Of a stretch of DNA of 64,000 nt, positions 23,401-36,400 are shown in pieces (position 1 is the stretch's first letter; each line of letters starts with the position of its first letter). A model generated the notes under the pieces. It was not told the DNA's origin. It searched no databases and was given only the letters and a program-made list of their open reading frames with translations. This stretch comes from Yuukianura sp. NJ FZ-2021. Taxonomy: Eukaryota. The stretch is taken from contig CM102283.1 in the NCBI GenBank assembly GCA_046563655.1, forward strand, positions 6,324,001 to 6,388,000, in the 5' to 3' direction. A program made the position numbers and the translations under genes.

Positions 23401-26400
23401 CCACAACTCTTTCGAAATTACATTTCGATTGCTTTGCTTGAGGCTAAATTCTAAAAATTGAATTTTTTTAAAAGAAATTTTTTCCAAGCGTAACCGAATC
23501 TGTGTTGGCTTCAGTTCAGAAAAATTTGCCAAAATAAATTTGGGTTTGACTCTTGGCTCGACTTTTCGAAATCTTTATCAAAATCGTGTCATTTTGAATT
23601 CTCAATTTTGAATTCATTGGAGCCTAGTCAAGAAACCGGGAGGTTTGGGTTTATGTGAAAGTCAGGATAAATCAGTGTCACATTTCTCAAATAGATTTGA
23701 TATATGGGGAAGGGTGACGAAGCGATCTGTGTGGTTTGGAGTCTTGTGAGCCCTTTAAGGGACAAATTGAGAAAAACTGCCAACTTCTGTCCAAGTTCAA
23801 TTCAACTTTCTTCTTGTCTTCCTTTGAACAAAGTTTGAGGCGCCTCAATTTGTGCAGTGGCGGAGAAAGGCGGGTGTTATGAACAAAATCCTTTTTGTTC
23901 CACTACGAAACCAATCCTCTCGGCAGCCTACACGCTTCCAGCGTGCAGCGTTTCCTTCCAGCGTTCAGTGTTCGCTTCCAGCTACCCACACAGTTCCTTT
24001 TTCTTTTAAGATGGAAGTGTCCAGGTTTTGGTGCTGGAAGTGTCCATTCATCCAGAAGATGCTTCCTGACTCTTCCTTTATCCTCCCTCTGTTAAGTTAC
24101 GTTTAGACTTTCACTCGGGGCCAAAATAATATTGTTTTCTCTGGATGCTTTTAGCCTCGGCGTGTCCTGGACACAGAATAGAGGCTCATTTAGGGTATTA
24201 AGTCCCCACCACCTAGTCCACTCTTTATGGAGTCCACTGCGGTGGCCAGTATTTCTGGAGAGAATGGACTCAAGGATTTAGCATTTGAGATATGGAAGAA
24301 AAGGAATTGGAAATTGGAGAGAAAGAGTAATGGACAAAACGGTGAAATTGAACAGCAGGATCCTACGCGTTTTAATCACAGCCATAAACTTCTACTGCTG
24401 CCGAAAGGTCATTGACCTCTCAAAAGAATTCCCATGGCAACCAGACAAACGACCAAATAATGAGCTGATCTTTGTGTTTTTCAAAAAAACTTTAGTAGAT
24501 TTCAGTAATTATTTTTTTGTTCCTCATTTCAAGCACGTCTCACAAACTTTTTGAATCAAATCCGAAACTCTCAGAACGAAAAACTTTCTCAAGATTCTTC
24601 AACTGAAACGAAAATCGGACTGGTGAGTTTCACTTAACTTCGAAAATTATACCAAAACAAACACTTTTAACTGAAATTTCCCGCTTTTTTTAGATTTGAA
24701 AATGAGTCGTTGTCAAAGCGCCAGTGGCAGTCGTTGTCAGAGTGCCAATGGCAGTCGCCGTGGCAGTCGCTGTCCAAGTCGCCGTGGATCCAATTCCAAC
24801 TTGGCCCAAATGATGCTCCAATCAGCTCGTCCAGCAGGCGGAGCCTGTTGTCGCTCCGGATGTACCGTTTGTATTCCCGCGCCTTGTCCAAAACCACCAT
24901 GTCCACTTGGAATCTACGTCGAACGAACCAAGTCACTCAAACCGAACGTCGAATTTGTACCGAGCTGTGCCAAACTTGACGGTCTCTCGACCTACCGCGA
25001 ATTCTTTTACCCAAAATGTGGAGATCGCGTCAAGTCCTTCAAGCCAACTACGTACATCGATCCATCATGTGCAAAAATGGATGGATTGACGACATACCGC
25101 GAATTCTACTACCCGAAATGTGGACTTAAAGCGGAATCGTTCAAGCCTGCAACGATGGTAGACTTTTCTTGTGCCAAAATGGAGGGCCTTACGACCTACA
25201 AGCACGACTACATTGGAGTTTGTGGTGAACGGGTCAAGTCTCTCAAGCCTTTGACACAATTTGATCCGTCGTGTGCCAAAATGGACGGATTGACGACTTA
25301 TCGCATGAATTACATTCCGTACTGCCCGAGAGAAATCGGACGACCGGAGTCACTCAAACGGCTCAACGAAGTCGACTTTTCCTGTGCACCGTTTGATGGC
25401 ATGACGACATACCGTGGAGACTTTTGGTGCAAACCGATCGTTCGTGTCCAGAGTCTCAAACCGACAGTTCGTGGAGCCTTCAGCGATGCACCGTTTGCCG
25501 ATCGCACGACTTATCGCAACGACTATCATCCGTTTCACTTTGATAAGAACTGTGGCGGTGGAGGACCCTGCATGCCGGTGCCTTTTGGACAAGAAATGTC
25601 GCCACATCTCTTCTGTGCCAATACGGCTGACTGTTGTGACACAACTCAGAATGCACAATCGACTGGAACTGCGGATGCTCAAATGGGATCGTGCGGTGAC
25701 GGAGGTGGAGCAGATTCGGCAGCGGATTGCCCAATCACGGTTTCTGTTGGAACCTGCTAGGAAGGAGAAGCCTGATAAAAATACGCCAAGATTCAAATCT
25801 TCCCACTTCACATTCAAATATACAAAAGCAATAACAATAATAATGTTTGTCCAAATACTTAAAAAAACGAAAATAGAGCAATTTTGTCAAAACTGATCCA
25901 AAAAATATTACTTTCTACAAATAAAAACGAAGATGAACTTTAAATTTTCCAGCCTCACGTAAAATTGCAAACATAACAATATTAATTTGATTATTCAATT
26001 CTGGAAGAAAAAAAAACAACGAAAAAAGTTACGCCTTTAGATAAAATTTCGAATTGTGAGAATATCCCCAATCATAATTTCAAAAAATAAAAACGAATTT
26101 AGAAAACTGGACCAACATTGTTAAAACTACTAAAAATATTGCTTTTTACAACTAAAATGAAAATGAACCTCATAAAAAACATGGAAGGGAAGTAAACATA
26201 GTGCTAAATATTAAATATTAAACCAAAGTGAGAAAGTTTTGAATTTGTTTGCTTTTCAGATTCAGAAATAAAATATGCAAACGTCAGTAAATTTTAGCTG
26301 ATGAAGTTCCATTTTTTTGAGTCAACAGGCAATGTCTTTCCAAAATTTTCCTTCCAAAAACTTCTACTTTCTGAAACTTTTAAGTTGGTTTATGATCCTA

Positions 26401-29400
26401 ATAAATCCATATTTCACACTTTCATATGCTTACTTTAGGTTCGCTTGCCAGAAAACCTCAGCGAAATCTTTTTTTCAAAAAAAAATCTTTCCAAAAATGG
26501 AAACGTGAAAGTGGATTTAGAACAAAAAGTGGAGGAGGATATCCCTCTTTCACCAGAAAACAAAACCGGAGAGAGAAAGCTGCTTTCCCCACGCATTTGT
26601 GGTGGTGGAGAAAAAAAAACTTCGTGCTAAATCACTCTATTCTATTCCCTTCTTTCACCCTGTGGCATAAAACGTGTATCTTCTGCTGGATCTCCTGAAT
26701 GCATTCGGTTTTCCAGTACCAGCATTTCGGTTTTATCCAGGATAACTAAAACGTCTGATCCCACAAATTTCCTGTACGTTTTCTCTTTTCCTGCTTCCTG
26801 CAGCATGTGCACCATGTTTTCCCGGTTTGTGTTTTCCAAAAAAGTTGGAAACTTTAGAAACTTACTCTAGTTTTACTTTTCCCGTTTTTTTTCCTGGGAA
26901 GTAAAAAAACAGGAAATTGAATACCGTTAGTCTAGTTTTTCTCGCTTTTTCTCGCTGGTTTCACTCATAGTGTCGCTTCGTGTGTTCATTAATTGGATGG
27001 GAAGCTGAGGAATTAGTAAGGCCGAGTCAATTTAGATAAAAATTATTCACAGTCCAGTACCTCCGTATCTCCTTTCGGTTCACTTTCACCGCAGAGTCCG
27101 AAACTGCTGGAAATGATAGTCTTTTTGGTCTCCGTGTGGTGATGAAAGTGAAATTTCCTAGATTTCCCTGCGGATTCATTTTTAGCGACACACCTAAAAA
27201 CCTAACATAAAGTGTACGAAAACGTGAAGACTCGAAGGTTCCGCATGACTCTATTATTAACCTTCCTTCAAATCAGACCAACCACAAAGTGAAAGCATTC
27301 AACCCCACGCAGTAACCGGACACGCATGAACGGGGAGCTCCGAACGAGCAAATTTTTTGGACCAAAACGCTTTCTTATGGAAGGCCACTTCTTGACAAAT
27401 ATTTTTATAGAGAGAGATTTATGGACAAGTATTTCCGTGGATGGATACTTTTTTCTCGAAATTTATTATTATTATTATTATTATTTTTTTTGAAAAACTA
27501 AGTTTCTCAGGTTTAGGCTTGGGTTTGGTTAATTCTGCACATCGATGAAAGCAATATCAATACTGAATGTATAAACACATTTTTTAATAAAGCGTCGTCC
27601 ATAAGCAACTGATCTATTTGTGGCCGTCCAGAAGAGTCTGGGAATCACGTAAAACCTTTCTATGGTGAAAGTTGTATGACTATGATAAAATAGGGAATGT
27701 CACATTACTACCTTGGTAAACGCATTCGTTGACCTCTGCCCGGAGCGTGTGCGGAAGGTAAATGACCATTGTGCCCAGACTAATTCCAGTCACCACCCAA
27801 CCGCTCGAATTGAGTCTACTTTTTTCGGGATGTACGACAGCAAAGTATCGCTCCAGCGTCAGTGCCACTAGCAGCATTACTCCAACTCCTACAACAATAA
27901 AAAAAGGACAATAAATTGACAATATTCGAACGAAAAAAATTGTTTGTGTCTGAAAATTAGGATTTTCGGAGAAAAAGACACCCACACGGTGAGATTATAG
28001 GCCTTAGGCCATGTGGTTAACAACCACTTACGAATATTACTTTTCGCTGGAAACGAACTTTTTTGGAAAATATTACGGAAATTACGAACATTTTGGAACA
28101 GACATGAAAAGTAAAAGTTTTAAAGAGGAAGTAATCCGCTCAGTAAAAGTTTTCAACAGTTGAAAACCTAAAAAGTCGTAAAAAAAGTAAAAATGAAATT
28201 GAAGTCATCCTATTTGTTTAGTAAATTGTTACGATCCGTAAAAACTTTTTTTCGTTGAACTTTTGAACTCGGTTTTGTTCAAACAATTATGTGACTATGT
28301 GCCTTTTGACCATAATCTGATCTTGTCTTTTTCTGTTTCCAGTTTCCTCTAGTTTTACTGTCAGTTTAGTTGGAATATAAAACAAGAATGAACAAAGGGA
28401 GTAACTATGAATAAAATTCAAATGCTTTTAGTCTTTTAACCTTATAAAACCTTACATAACATAGTCCAAAACTCACCGAGTGCTGAGTTTCCTAAGTACA
28501 GCTCCAGATGAGTATGGAAAAAAGCTTGGTAGAAATTGGTCCAGGCTGAAGCCGGTTGAAAGTGGATTCGGAATCCAAATGGAATGGCCACCAGGAGAGC
28601 TAGAAGTGACGCTCCAGAGTAACCTACATTGTTCAAACAAAACAAAACAAGACATTTACAAACATCAAAGACATAAATACAACCCGAGGCACTACTGCTA
28701 GAAACTACAAAGTATAAACTATACTGGCTGGAAATGTGCTGGCCGACTAAGAGAATCAAGAGACATGAACATGACACCGCGATTGGCCCACTGTGCACAA
28801 CTCCTTTTTCACTCTGGACATTCTCCAAATGGACATTAGACCAAGTTTCTTTGGTACTTTATGGCTCTTTTTTGGTGAAATGTTAGGCTATGCTATATGT
28901 TAGGTTAGGTTTCCAGAATTGTGTAATTGAAAGCGAAAGTGGTAATGGGGTCCTAATGGAATTTCCTCTGGGAGATGACCAAAAAATCTGAGAACGACCA
29001 CTGGGCCGAGACTGTATAACTACACGTCCTTTTAATTTTACGCCCCCATAATCCAATCCTAACATAGTAAAGTGAAACGGAACTTTTAGTTGAAATTCTA
29101 CACGCAGTGATATATACCCTAAGTACTGGCAGTACTTTGGCGTCATTCCCACAACGACCCAGGAGATTTACCACAACAAACTCCGAATATTTCACATTCT
29201 TTGGCTCCTCTGTCGAATACAACGAGCAAAGAGAAACGACTTTAGTACAAACCAGAAAAATCCAAATCCTTTCAAACAATTTTCAAACTGTCAAAGACTT
29301 TACAAGAGTAAATTTTTGAAAAAAAAAACTTTTCAAGAGGGAGTTCAAGTTACATGGAACTTTGGCTTTTTAGCATACTTTGGAATACTGGCAAAGTAAA

Positions 29401-29901
29401 GTTTGGAAAATGTGGTAACGCTAAAGCATTATTTTCTGGCAAATTTCGAGAGAACTAAAAGCTTGGAATGTCATCTCGATTTACACGGTCACTTTGCTGA
29501 AAGTTTTAGTCTCTTTTTACAAAGTGACTCCAGATCGAATCCCAGAGGACTTGAACCCAAAAAAAAAATCTATAGATTTCCCCAGGGGTGGAATACAGAC
29601 TCTGTACTCTCGATGTCTAAGTTCATAAAAAAGTAGTGACAAATTAAGTTCCATTTTGTATCAAAATTTAATTAGTGATTTTGTGACAAAAACTGAAAGC
29701 TTTGAAGCACGTACCTCTCATGTAGACAAAAGCGGTTCCTTTTTGGTAGTTTTTTTGACTGAGGACAATTAGATTCAATGTATTGCCCAGTATGCCGAGA
29801 GAACACAAAACTGGGAAGATGACTCCATAGGTCAAGTATCGAATGACCCCGAAGTCCTCTTGGTGAAATGTACAGTTAACTTCTAACTTAGAGGACTCCA
29901 T
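20483..29901 (-). CDS. Rhodopsin-class peptide GPCR (FMRFamide/sex-peptide-receptor-like group), six coding exons with long introns
   Basis: TM1 GILGNTLNLIVL, TM3 ALTLERYFAV, TM5 LLAFLNLRII, TM6 FFICVTP, TM7 EVTNYSITFYIYMLFSKEFR. Compatible splice phases where checked. Confidence 0.85.
21995..22280. repeat. Three tandem copies of a ~90-97 bp unit (AGATGTAGCG...TCACAAT..ATCGTCAG) in the GPCR intron
   Basis: AGATGTAGCGT recurs near 22003, 22093 and 22190; ATCGTCAG recurs near 22065, 22161 and 22260. Confidence 0.75.
24702..25760 (+). CDS. SAXO/FAM154-like microtubule inner protein (Mn-motif repeats), single coding exon, nested antisense in the GPCR intron
   Basis: Six ~34-aa repeats of the type DG(L/M)TTYRxxY/F preceded by S(F/L)KP. 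Cys-rich termini; 352-aa uninterrupted ORF. Confidence 0.75.
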   Translation: MSRCQSASGSRCQSANGSRRGSRCPSRRGSNSNLAQMMLQSARPAGGACCRSGCTVCIPAPCPKPPCPLGIYVERTKSLKPNVEFVPSCAKLDGLSTYREFFYPKCGDRVKSFKPTTYIDPSCAKMDGLTTYREFYYPKCGLKAESFKPATMVDFSCAKMEGLTTYKHDYIGVCGERVKSLKPLTQFDPSCAKMDGLTTYRMNYIPYCPREIGRPESLKRLNEVDFSCAPFDGMTTYRGDFWCKPIVRVQSLKPTVRGAFSDAPFADRTTYRNDYHPFHFDKNCGGGGPCMPVPFGQEMSPHLFCANTADCCDTTQNAQSTGTADAQMGSCGDGGGADSAADCPITVSVGTC

Positions 29902-30479
29902 TCCAAGATTCGAATGCGCGTGAGGGGACACGCTCCGACAATTTCATCTGCAGAGATCACCCACTCGACTGAATGAAGATCAGCGAGGGAAAACGAGTTT
30001 TGGTGACTTTCTTTAGTATACTAGAAAGTCCACTTCTCTTCTGCGTATGCGTTTGGCCCAGTTTGATACTTTTCCTCTCTCCCTGTCCTTCCATTTGCAA
30101 TTATGACTTAAGTAAGGCAAGGGCGGAAGTTGAACTTAATTACATGTTTGTTGGCCACAACAGCACGAGTCCTTGGGTGTTTCTGTGTGATTAATCTATA
30201 AATTATTTCACTTTGACAAGAAAGTTCTAAAGGAGTAAAATAAAGGGTTAAAACAACCTGTATAATAAAACGTTGCGTGTTTATGAGCAAAATGTAATAA
30301 GGACTTAACGCGTTTTCAAATTACTTGGTAAAAGGTTAAATTACTTTGTAAAAGGTAAAATTTAAATATTAAATTTGGAAAAATACGGAAACAGTAATAG
30401 TAGCAATTCATTGTGCAACGTGGGGTAAAAGCTTAGCTGAGATGATTACATATTTATATTTTTACGTTGATCGCGTTGA

Positions 30480-31150
30480 CTAGTAAGGATGGTGGCGGTT
30501 GTTCCGAGCCAATCGTTCGAGGTATAAGAAGTACAGTTTTCGGTTGTCTTCGTAGTAGGCGTGGTTCATGGCGGGCATGTAGGGATGCTTGAGTAGCAGA
30601 TCTGGCTCGTTGATTGTGAGGCAGTTGATTCTCTTTGACAAAGGAATGTCATCCGGGGGAGGACTGTCGCTTCTCGGTCGTTTCCGACCCATACCACCGA
30701 CGGCGCCGCTGCCGCAAGATCCATCGTCACTGAAACAAATAACAATTGCACAATTAATAGAACTGAGTTATTAAACATTTTAATTGACGTTTACTAGATT
30801 TATTAAACCTAATCGACACATCTACTCCCAACCTGTAAACTGACATACCGGATACCAACTTTCCATCCTCGCTAGATTAGTCTAATCATTAGACTCTAAT
30901 GATTAGACTAATCTAGCGAGAATTCTAATTCTTAATTCTAAAATAGGGAGGATAATCTAAGATTAGACTCTAATCTTATATCAAAAACGTTTCTGTATCA
31001 AACTGCAAGGCTTTACTTCAACGCATATTCACGCAGAAGTAACGAAAATCGGTTTAGAATTTCCAATAGCTGATTTACTAAATCAACTAACCTGCCACTC
31101 TGTAGAGAATACGATTGCTGCGACATGTTCACAGTCGTCACATATGACAT
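30480..31150 (-). CDS. Small nuclear protein, possibly FAM104/VCF (p97 cofactor)-like; two coding exons
   Basis: MSYVTTVNMSQQ...SG|SDDG...GRKRPR (NLS-like)...PLSKRINCL...YYEDNRKLYFLYLERLAR. Phase-2 GT-AG intron. Family assignment is tentative. Confidence 0.55.
30868..30920. repeat. Perfect 26-bp inverted repeat with a 1-nt spacer
   Basis: CTCGCTAGATTAGTCTAATCATTAGA-C-TCTAATGATTAGACTAATCTAGCGAG. Confidence 0.95.
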
Positions 31151-31930
31151 CGTCTAATCGATTGATGACCCAGGACACTGTTCTTAACTTTCCTTCTTCT
31201 CGGATTGCGGACTAATTTAGACTGTGAGGATCAGGAGTAGGGCCACCACCATAACGTTTGACCCGTGTGGACCGACGACCGAGGCTACGCTGCAATTTCT
31301 AAGTTTTGAACCAAATTCTGCGTGGGTGCAAGAAGTTATCCCCAAGGAAAGCGATGACCTGGAAGCTGACCAACGATCCCCTCAACTGTAGATGCAGGAA
31401 CTGCAATTAATTAAAAATGCGAAGTTAATTTAGTTAATCGAAATGACAAATAATGAACAAATTTTTTCACAAACAGAGAATGATTGACAAAAAATGACAC
31501 AAGCAAAATCATATGTAAAAAAATGAGGAAATTTTTTCCCAATTTCAAAATTTTCCCGCGTTGGAAACGTAAACAAAAGCGACGCTTCTAGTTTTGCTGT
31601 TACAAAGACGAAACAAATTGTTATAAAACCCATCGTTCTATGGGATTTCTAATTAGTATTTTGAAATATTTATTCTAATTATAAACCATATTTAAATATT
31701 TTTAATTATTATTAAATTCAATAGCCATTCCTTACTTGATGTACAATAGTTACCAAGGTTTATATAACAACAATCCCTCTTCCTCACAAGTTTCCATTCT
31801 TAGGTTGTTTAAAAAGTTGTCAAATACCTATATCAAAATATAAGTGAAATTTTTATTTATTTTTTTCACAGAGTCAATTTTTGAAAAAATTTTAAACAAG
31901 TAAAAAGTTTTTGAAAACTTGTGTTGAAAA

Positions 31931-32729
31931 ATGACTCGTGCAATGACAATGAACTTGCTTGTTGTTTTGATTATAGGTTTCATTTTGGATTCTTGTTCAA
32001 ATGCAAAGTTGAGAGATGTACGTAGAATAGATTCAGATTCGCCTGACTATGACGACCTCTATGAAGAATTGGATACTGAATATGCCCAAGCCTTTTTCAA
32101 AACAACTGCTGCTCCGGTTAGTCACTGCACCGAATAATTAGTTCAGGTTAGGTTATAAAAATCGACAATTCGGTGACTAATTTTACGTAATTTTAAATGT
32201 AGACAACGGTTAAGCTGCAAGAAACTCCAGAAATTCCGAATCAGAATCTAGAAACTCCGAAAGCTCCGAGTGAGCAAACTGAAGACATTGTGAAGCGTCT
32301 GCGATGTGATAACCCTTGGTTCTGGAACACTTTTAAATGTGTTTGGCTTGACCTTCGTGAAAAGAAACGTTTACCCCGAACTCAAAAGAATGCCAGAAAA
32401 GCGGGTATCGTCATAGGCATAATCAGTCTCCTCGTTTTTCTTCCGCTGTGTTGGATTTGTGGTAAATGCATCACTTTCTATCGATACACGATTTCAGCAA
32501 AATTAAAGGAAATCTTAATTTAAAAAACTTCGTTTGACCTACCTTAGTGATTGCTCTCTACTTCCGTTCAAGAGTGACCAAATACTCGAAACTGATGGAT
32601 CGGTACATGAAGGAGTACATGCCTGGATCAATCATTTTGCCCAACGGCCAGGTCAAGTACTACGACCCCACCCCAGAAGAGGAAGAAGCTTTTGAAGACC
32701 TCATTCATGCCATGTCTTCACCAGTTTAA
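31931..32729 (+). CDS. Uncharacterised type-I membrane protein; three exons
   Basis: Signal-like N-terminus (LLVVLIIGFIL), T/P/E-rich stalk, hydrophobic segment GIVIGIISLLVFLPLCWIC|VIALYF, short cytoplasmic tail. GT-AG introns keep the frame. Confidence 0.7.
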
Positions 32730-33190
32730 GCCCAAGGCGGATCGCTGTTCGCTGTTTGAACAAACATTTTGGCTGTTTGAACAAGCCCGAATTTTGCCTG
32801 AATTCTACAAACCCGAATTTTGTCTGAATTCCTTCAGCTTACGAAAAGTCTAAAATTAGTCTACTCCAATCTTGTTCAGAACAGATCCCGTTTTGAACAA
32901 AATTAAAATACCTCAAATGGCCACTTTCAAACTTTTTAAAAAATTGGTATAACTATTCTTAAAATTAAATTTTTAAATTAAGCGGAAACAAATGGTACAA
33001 ACTGCAAATAAAAGAAAATCTTAAGAAATTTTGTAAACTTCAATGAATCACGAAAAATCTTGTACCTGCTGGAATATTTATGAAATCGGAACCATTTTGA
33101 AATGAAATTTTGAGGAGAGGTCACGAGGTCACAAAATTTTTTGCTTAAATTCTGGATCTGTGTTTCCTACGTTCCTGTTGCACACGGTTT

Positions 33191-33256
33191 CCAAAAAAGG
33201 GAAGACTCCTAAGAATAGTTTCTAGATGAAACAGAAGAAGAGGCTCCTAAAAATAG
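33191..33256 (+). promoter_or_regulatory. Muscle promoter module: CArG box (SRF) plus MEF2 sites upstream of Mhc
   Basis: CCAAAAAAGG at 33191-33200; CTAAGAATAG at 33209-33218 (near-MEF2); CTAAAAATAG at 33247-33256 (perfect MEF2 consensus). Confidence 0.65.
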
Positions 33257-33446
33257 ACATGGCTTCCACTGCAGCCTCCGAATCTTCCTAGCTTCCGCCA
33301 TTCTACTTCCTCAGAAGTCTCCGAGAAGTTCTCGTGGAAGAGTCTCCCGGAAGCATTCAGTTAGTGACCCACATTCAATACTTGACCTCTGTTCATTGTT
33401 GAGTCTGACCTCTGACCTTGTTGCAGGAGAGGATCCTTAAGTAACC

Positions 33447-36400
33447 ATGGTTATTGAGCAGAAGTTCAAGGAGGGCGAGGAGCCTGATCCAACCGAGTAC
33501 TTGTTCGTGTCACTCGAGCAACGTCGGATTGATCAAACCAAGCCTTACGATGGTACGATCAGGGGAATTTTCAGAAATTTTTTTAAAAAATCGAAAATTT
33601 AAAATTTTTATTTTTCAAAATTTTAACTTAGGCAAAACTGCCTGCTGGGTTCCTGACGAGAAGGAGGGTTTTGTGGTTGGCAAAATCACGGGAACAAAGG
33701 GAGACTTGGTGACGGTGGAGTTGCCGGACGGTGCTGGAGAAAAAACTTATAAGAAGGCACAAGTAGGGCAGGTCAACCCGCCAAAATACGAAAAAGCAGA
33801 GGACATGAGTAACTTGACCTACCTCAACGACGCTAGTGTGCTGCACAACTTGAAACAACGCTACTACCACAAGCTCATCTACGTAAATCCAAATTTCGCA
33901 AAATTCAAAATTCCAAATTTTGAAAATGGCCCTAAAATGGTTTGTTTGAACATAGACGTACTCTGGCCTCTTTTGCGTCGCCATCAATCCTTACAAGCGA
34001 TATCCCATCTACACTGCTCGAGCAATGAAGATTTACCATGGACGGAGGCGAAACGAAGTTCCACCGCACATTTTCGCCATTTCCGATGGAGCCTACTCTG
34101 AAATGATGACAAGTGAAGGACCAACATTTATTTTATATTAATTGATTTATATATGAATTAATTATTTTATGTATCTATGTAACATAGACCACCAAAACCA
34201 GTCTATCTTGATTACGGGAGAATCTGGAGCTGGGAAAACAGAAAACACAAAGAAGGTCATTGCCTACTTTGCCTCTGTTGGAGCCAGCTCAAAACCAGGA
34301 GCTGAGAAGAAGGTCAAAAAAATTTCAAAATTTTGAAAAAACTAATTTAAATCATTTTTTGAAATGTTTTAGATTTCTCTGGAAGACCAAATCGTCCAAA
34401 CTAATCCTGTACTGGAGGCTTTTGGAAATGCCAAAACAACGCGTAACGACAACTCCAGTCGATTCGGTAAATTCATTCGAATTCACTTTGGCGCTTCTGG
34501 AAAATTGGCTGGAGGAGACATTGAAACTTATTTGCTGTAAGTGTTAATAAATGTTGTAAATCAAATAATAAATATAATAATATAAATAATAATATATTTA
34601 ATAACTTATAGGGAAAAGGCTCGTGTCATTTCCCAACAACCACTGGAGAGATCTTACCACATCTTCTACCAAATCATGTCCGGCGCAGTTCCAAAACTCA
34701 AGGGTAAAAAATGAAAAACTGTTTTTAATTTTATATAATGTTGCTTTTATTATATATTATTAATATTTAACATTTATATAACTTATGTGTAAATTTGCAG
34801 AGACGTTGCTCCTGTCCAACGACATTCACGACTACCACTTTGTATCTCAAGGAAAAATTACCATTCCTGGAGTCAATGACGGAGAGGAACTGGAACAAAC
34901 CCATGTAAAGACTTAAATAATTATGAATTAATTAATGATTAAAATAATTAAAATTTTAAAATTTTACTCCTAACTTCATATTTTTTAATTTTTTCGACCA
35001 CCCTAGATTGCCTTTGAAGTGCTGAACTTTAGTGAAGAGGAGCGAACCAACGTCTACAAACTTACGGCTTCTGTCATGGTAAGTTTTTGGACAAAATTTT
35101 TTCAAATTCAATTTGAAAAAGAAATGCTTAAAAAAAATTTTTTTTTCAGCACATGGGAGAATTGAAGTTCAAGCAAAAGGGACGTGAAGAACAGGCAGAA
35201 CCCGACGAACAAGCTGTAAGCGTCAATAAAACTAAAAAATATTTAACAAAAAATTTTTTTTTTTTGAATTTTGAAAATACTTGAGGACTTTTTTGAAAAT
35301 GTGTTTAGGAAGGTGACAAAATTGGAGAGCTTCTTGGAATCAAAGGAGAAGATTTGTACAACAACTTCACGAAGCCCAGGATCAAGGTCGGCACGGAGTT
35401 TGTGACGAAAGGTCAGAATGTGAATCAATGTAACTACGCCGTGGGCGCCATGTCCAAGGCCATGTTCGATCGACTCTTCAAGTTCTTGGTCAAGAAGTGT
35501 AACGAAACACTGGACACCAAGCAGAGCAAACAACACTTCATCGGTGTACTGGATATTGCCGGCTTCGAAATCTTCGACGTAAGACTACAATTTCAATATC
35601 AAAGGGCTCAAAAAGCCCTAAAATCCGAAATTTTGAAATTTTAATTTAAAATTTTGGTTTCTGAAACTAGTTCAACGGCTTTGAACAACTGTGTATCAAC
35701 TTCACCAATGAAAAACTTCAACAATTTTTCAACCATCACATGTTTGTCCTGGAACAAGAAGAATACAAACGTGAAGGGCTGGACTGGATCTTTGAAGATT
35801 TCGGAATGGACTTGCAGGCTTGTATTGACATGATGGAGCGGGTAAGTTCAAAATTTCGAAAAATTTCAAAAAATTCAGTTTTAAAAATAACTTCTTTCTA
35901 CTTTCTCTAGCCCATGGGTGTCTTCTCCATTCTTGAAGAAGAATCTATGTTCCCCAAGGTACAGTTTCGCCACAAAAGCTTACTTCAACACTCCGTTGAC
36001 CTCTCGTGACCTTTTGATTTCTTTGTTGACCTCTTCTGACCTTTTCACTTTTTGTTGACCTGTGCTGAACTTTTGACTATGTTTTAGGCCACTGACCAAA
36101 CCTTCAACGAGAAATTGAACGTCAACTTGTTGGGCAAGAGTCCTTGCTTCATCAAACCGAAGCCACCGAAGCCAGGCCAAGCCGAGGCTCACTTTGCTTG
36201 CGTCCACTACGCCGGAACCGTCCCTTACAACATCGCTAACTGGTTGGAGAAGAACAAGGACCCCCTCAATGACACTGTCGTGGACACTTTCAAGAAGGGC
36301 ACCAACGCCCTCTTGTGTGAGATCTTTGCTGATCATCCAGGTCAGTCTGGTGGCAAGGACGAAGGCGGTGGCAAGGGAGGCAAGAAGAAGGGCTCTGGAT

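Noticed and set aside
22188-24554. Many short ORFs in the GPCR intron (also 26317-26839 and 55700-57378)
   Set aside because: Short, mostly non-ATG starts, composition typical of AT-rich non-coding DNA, no recognisable motifs.
28883-29130. TTAGG-containing stretch suggesting telomeric repeats or a Helitron fragment (also near 45664 and 63146)
   Set aside because: Only 2-3 TTAGG units and no diagnostic termini visible.
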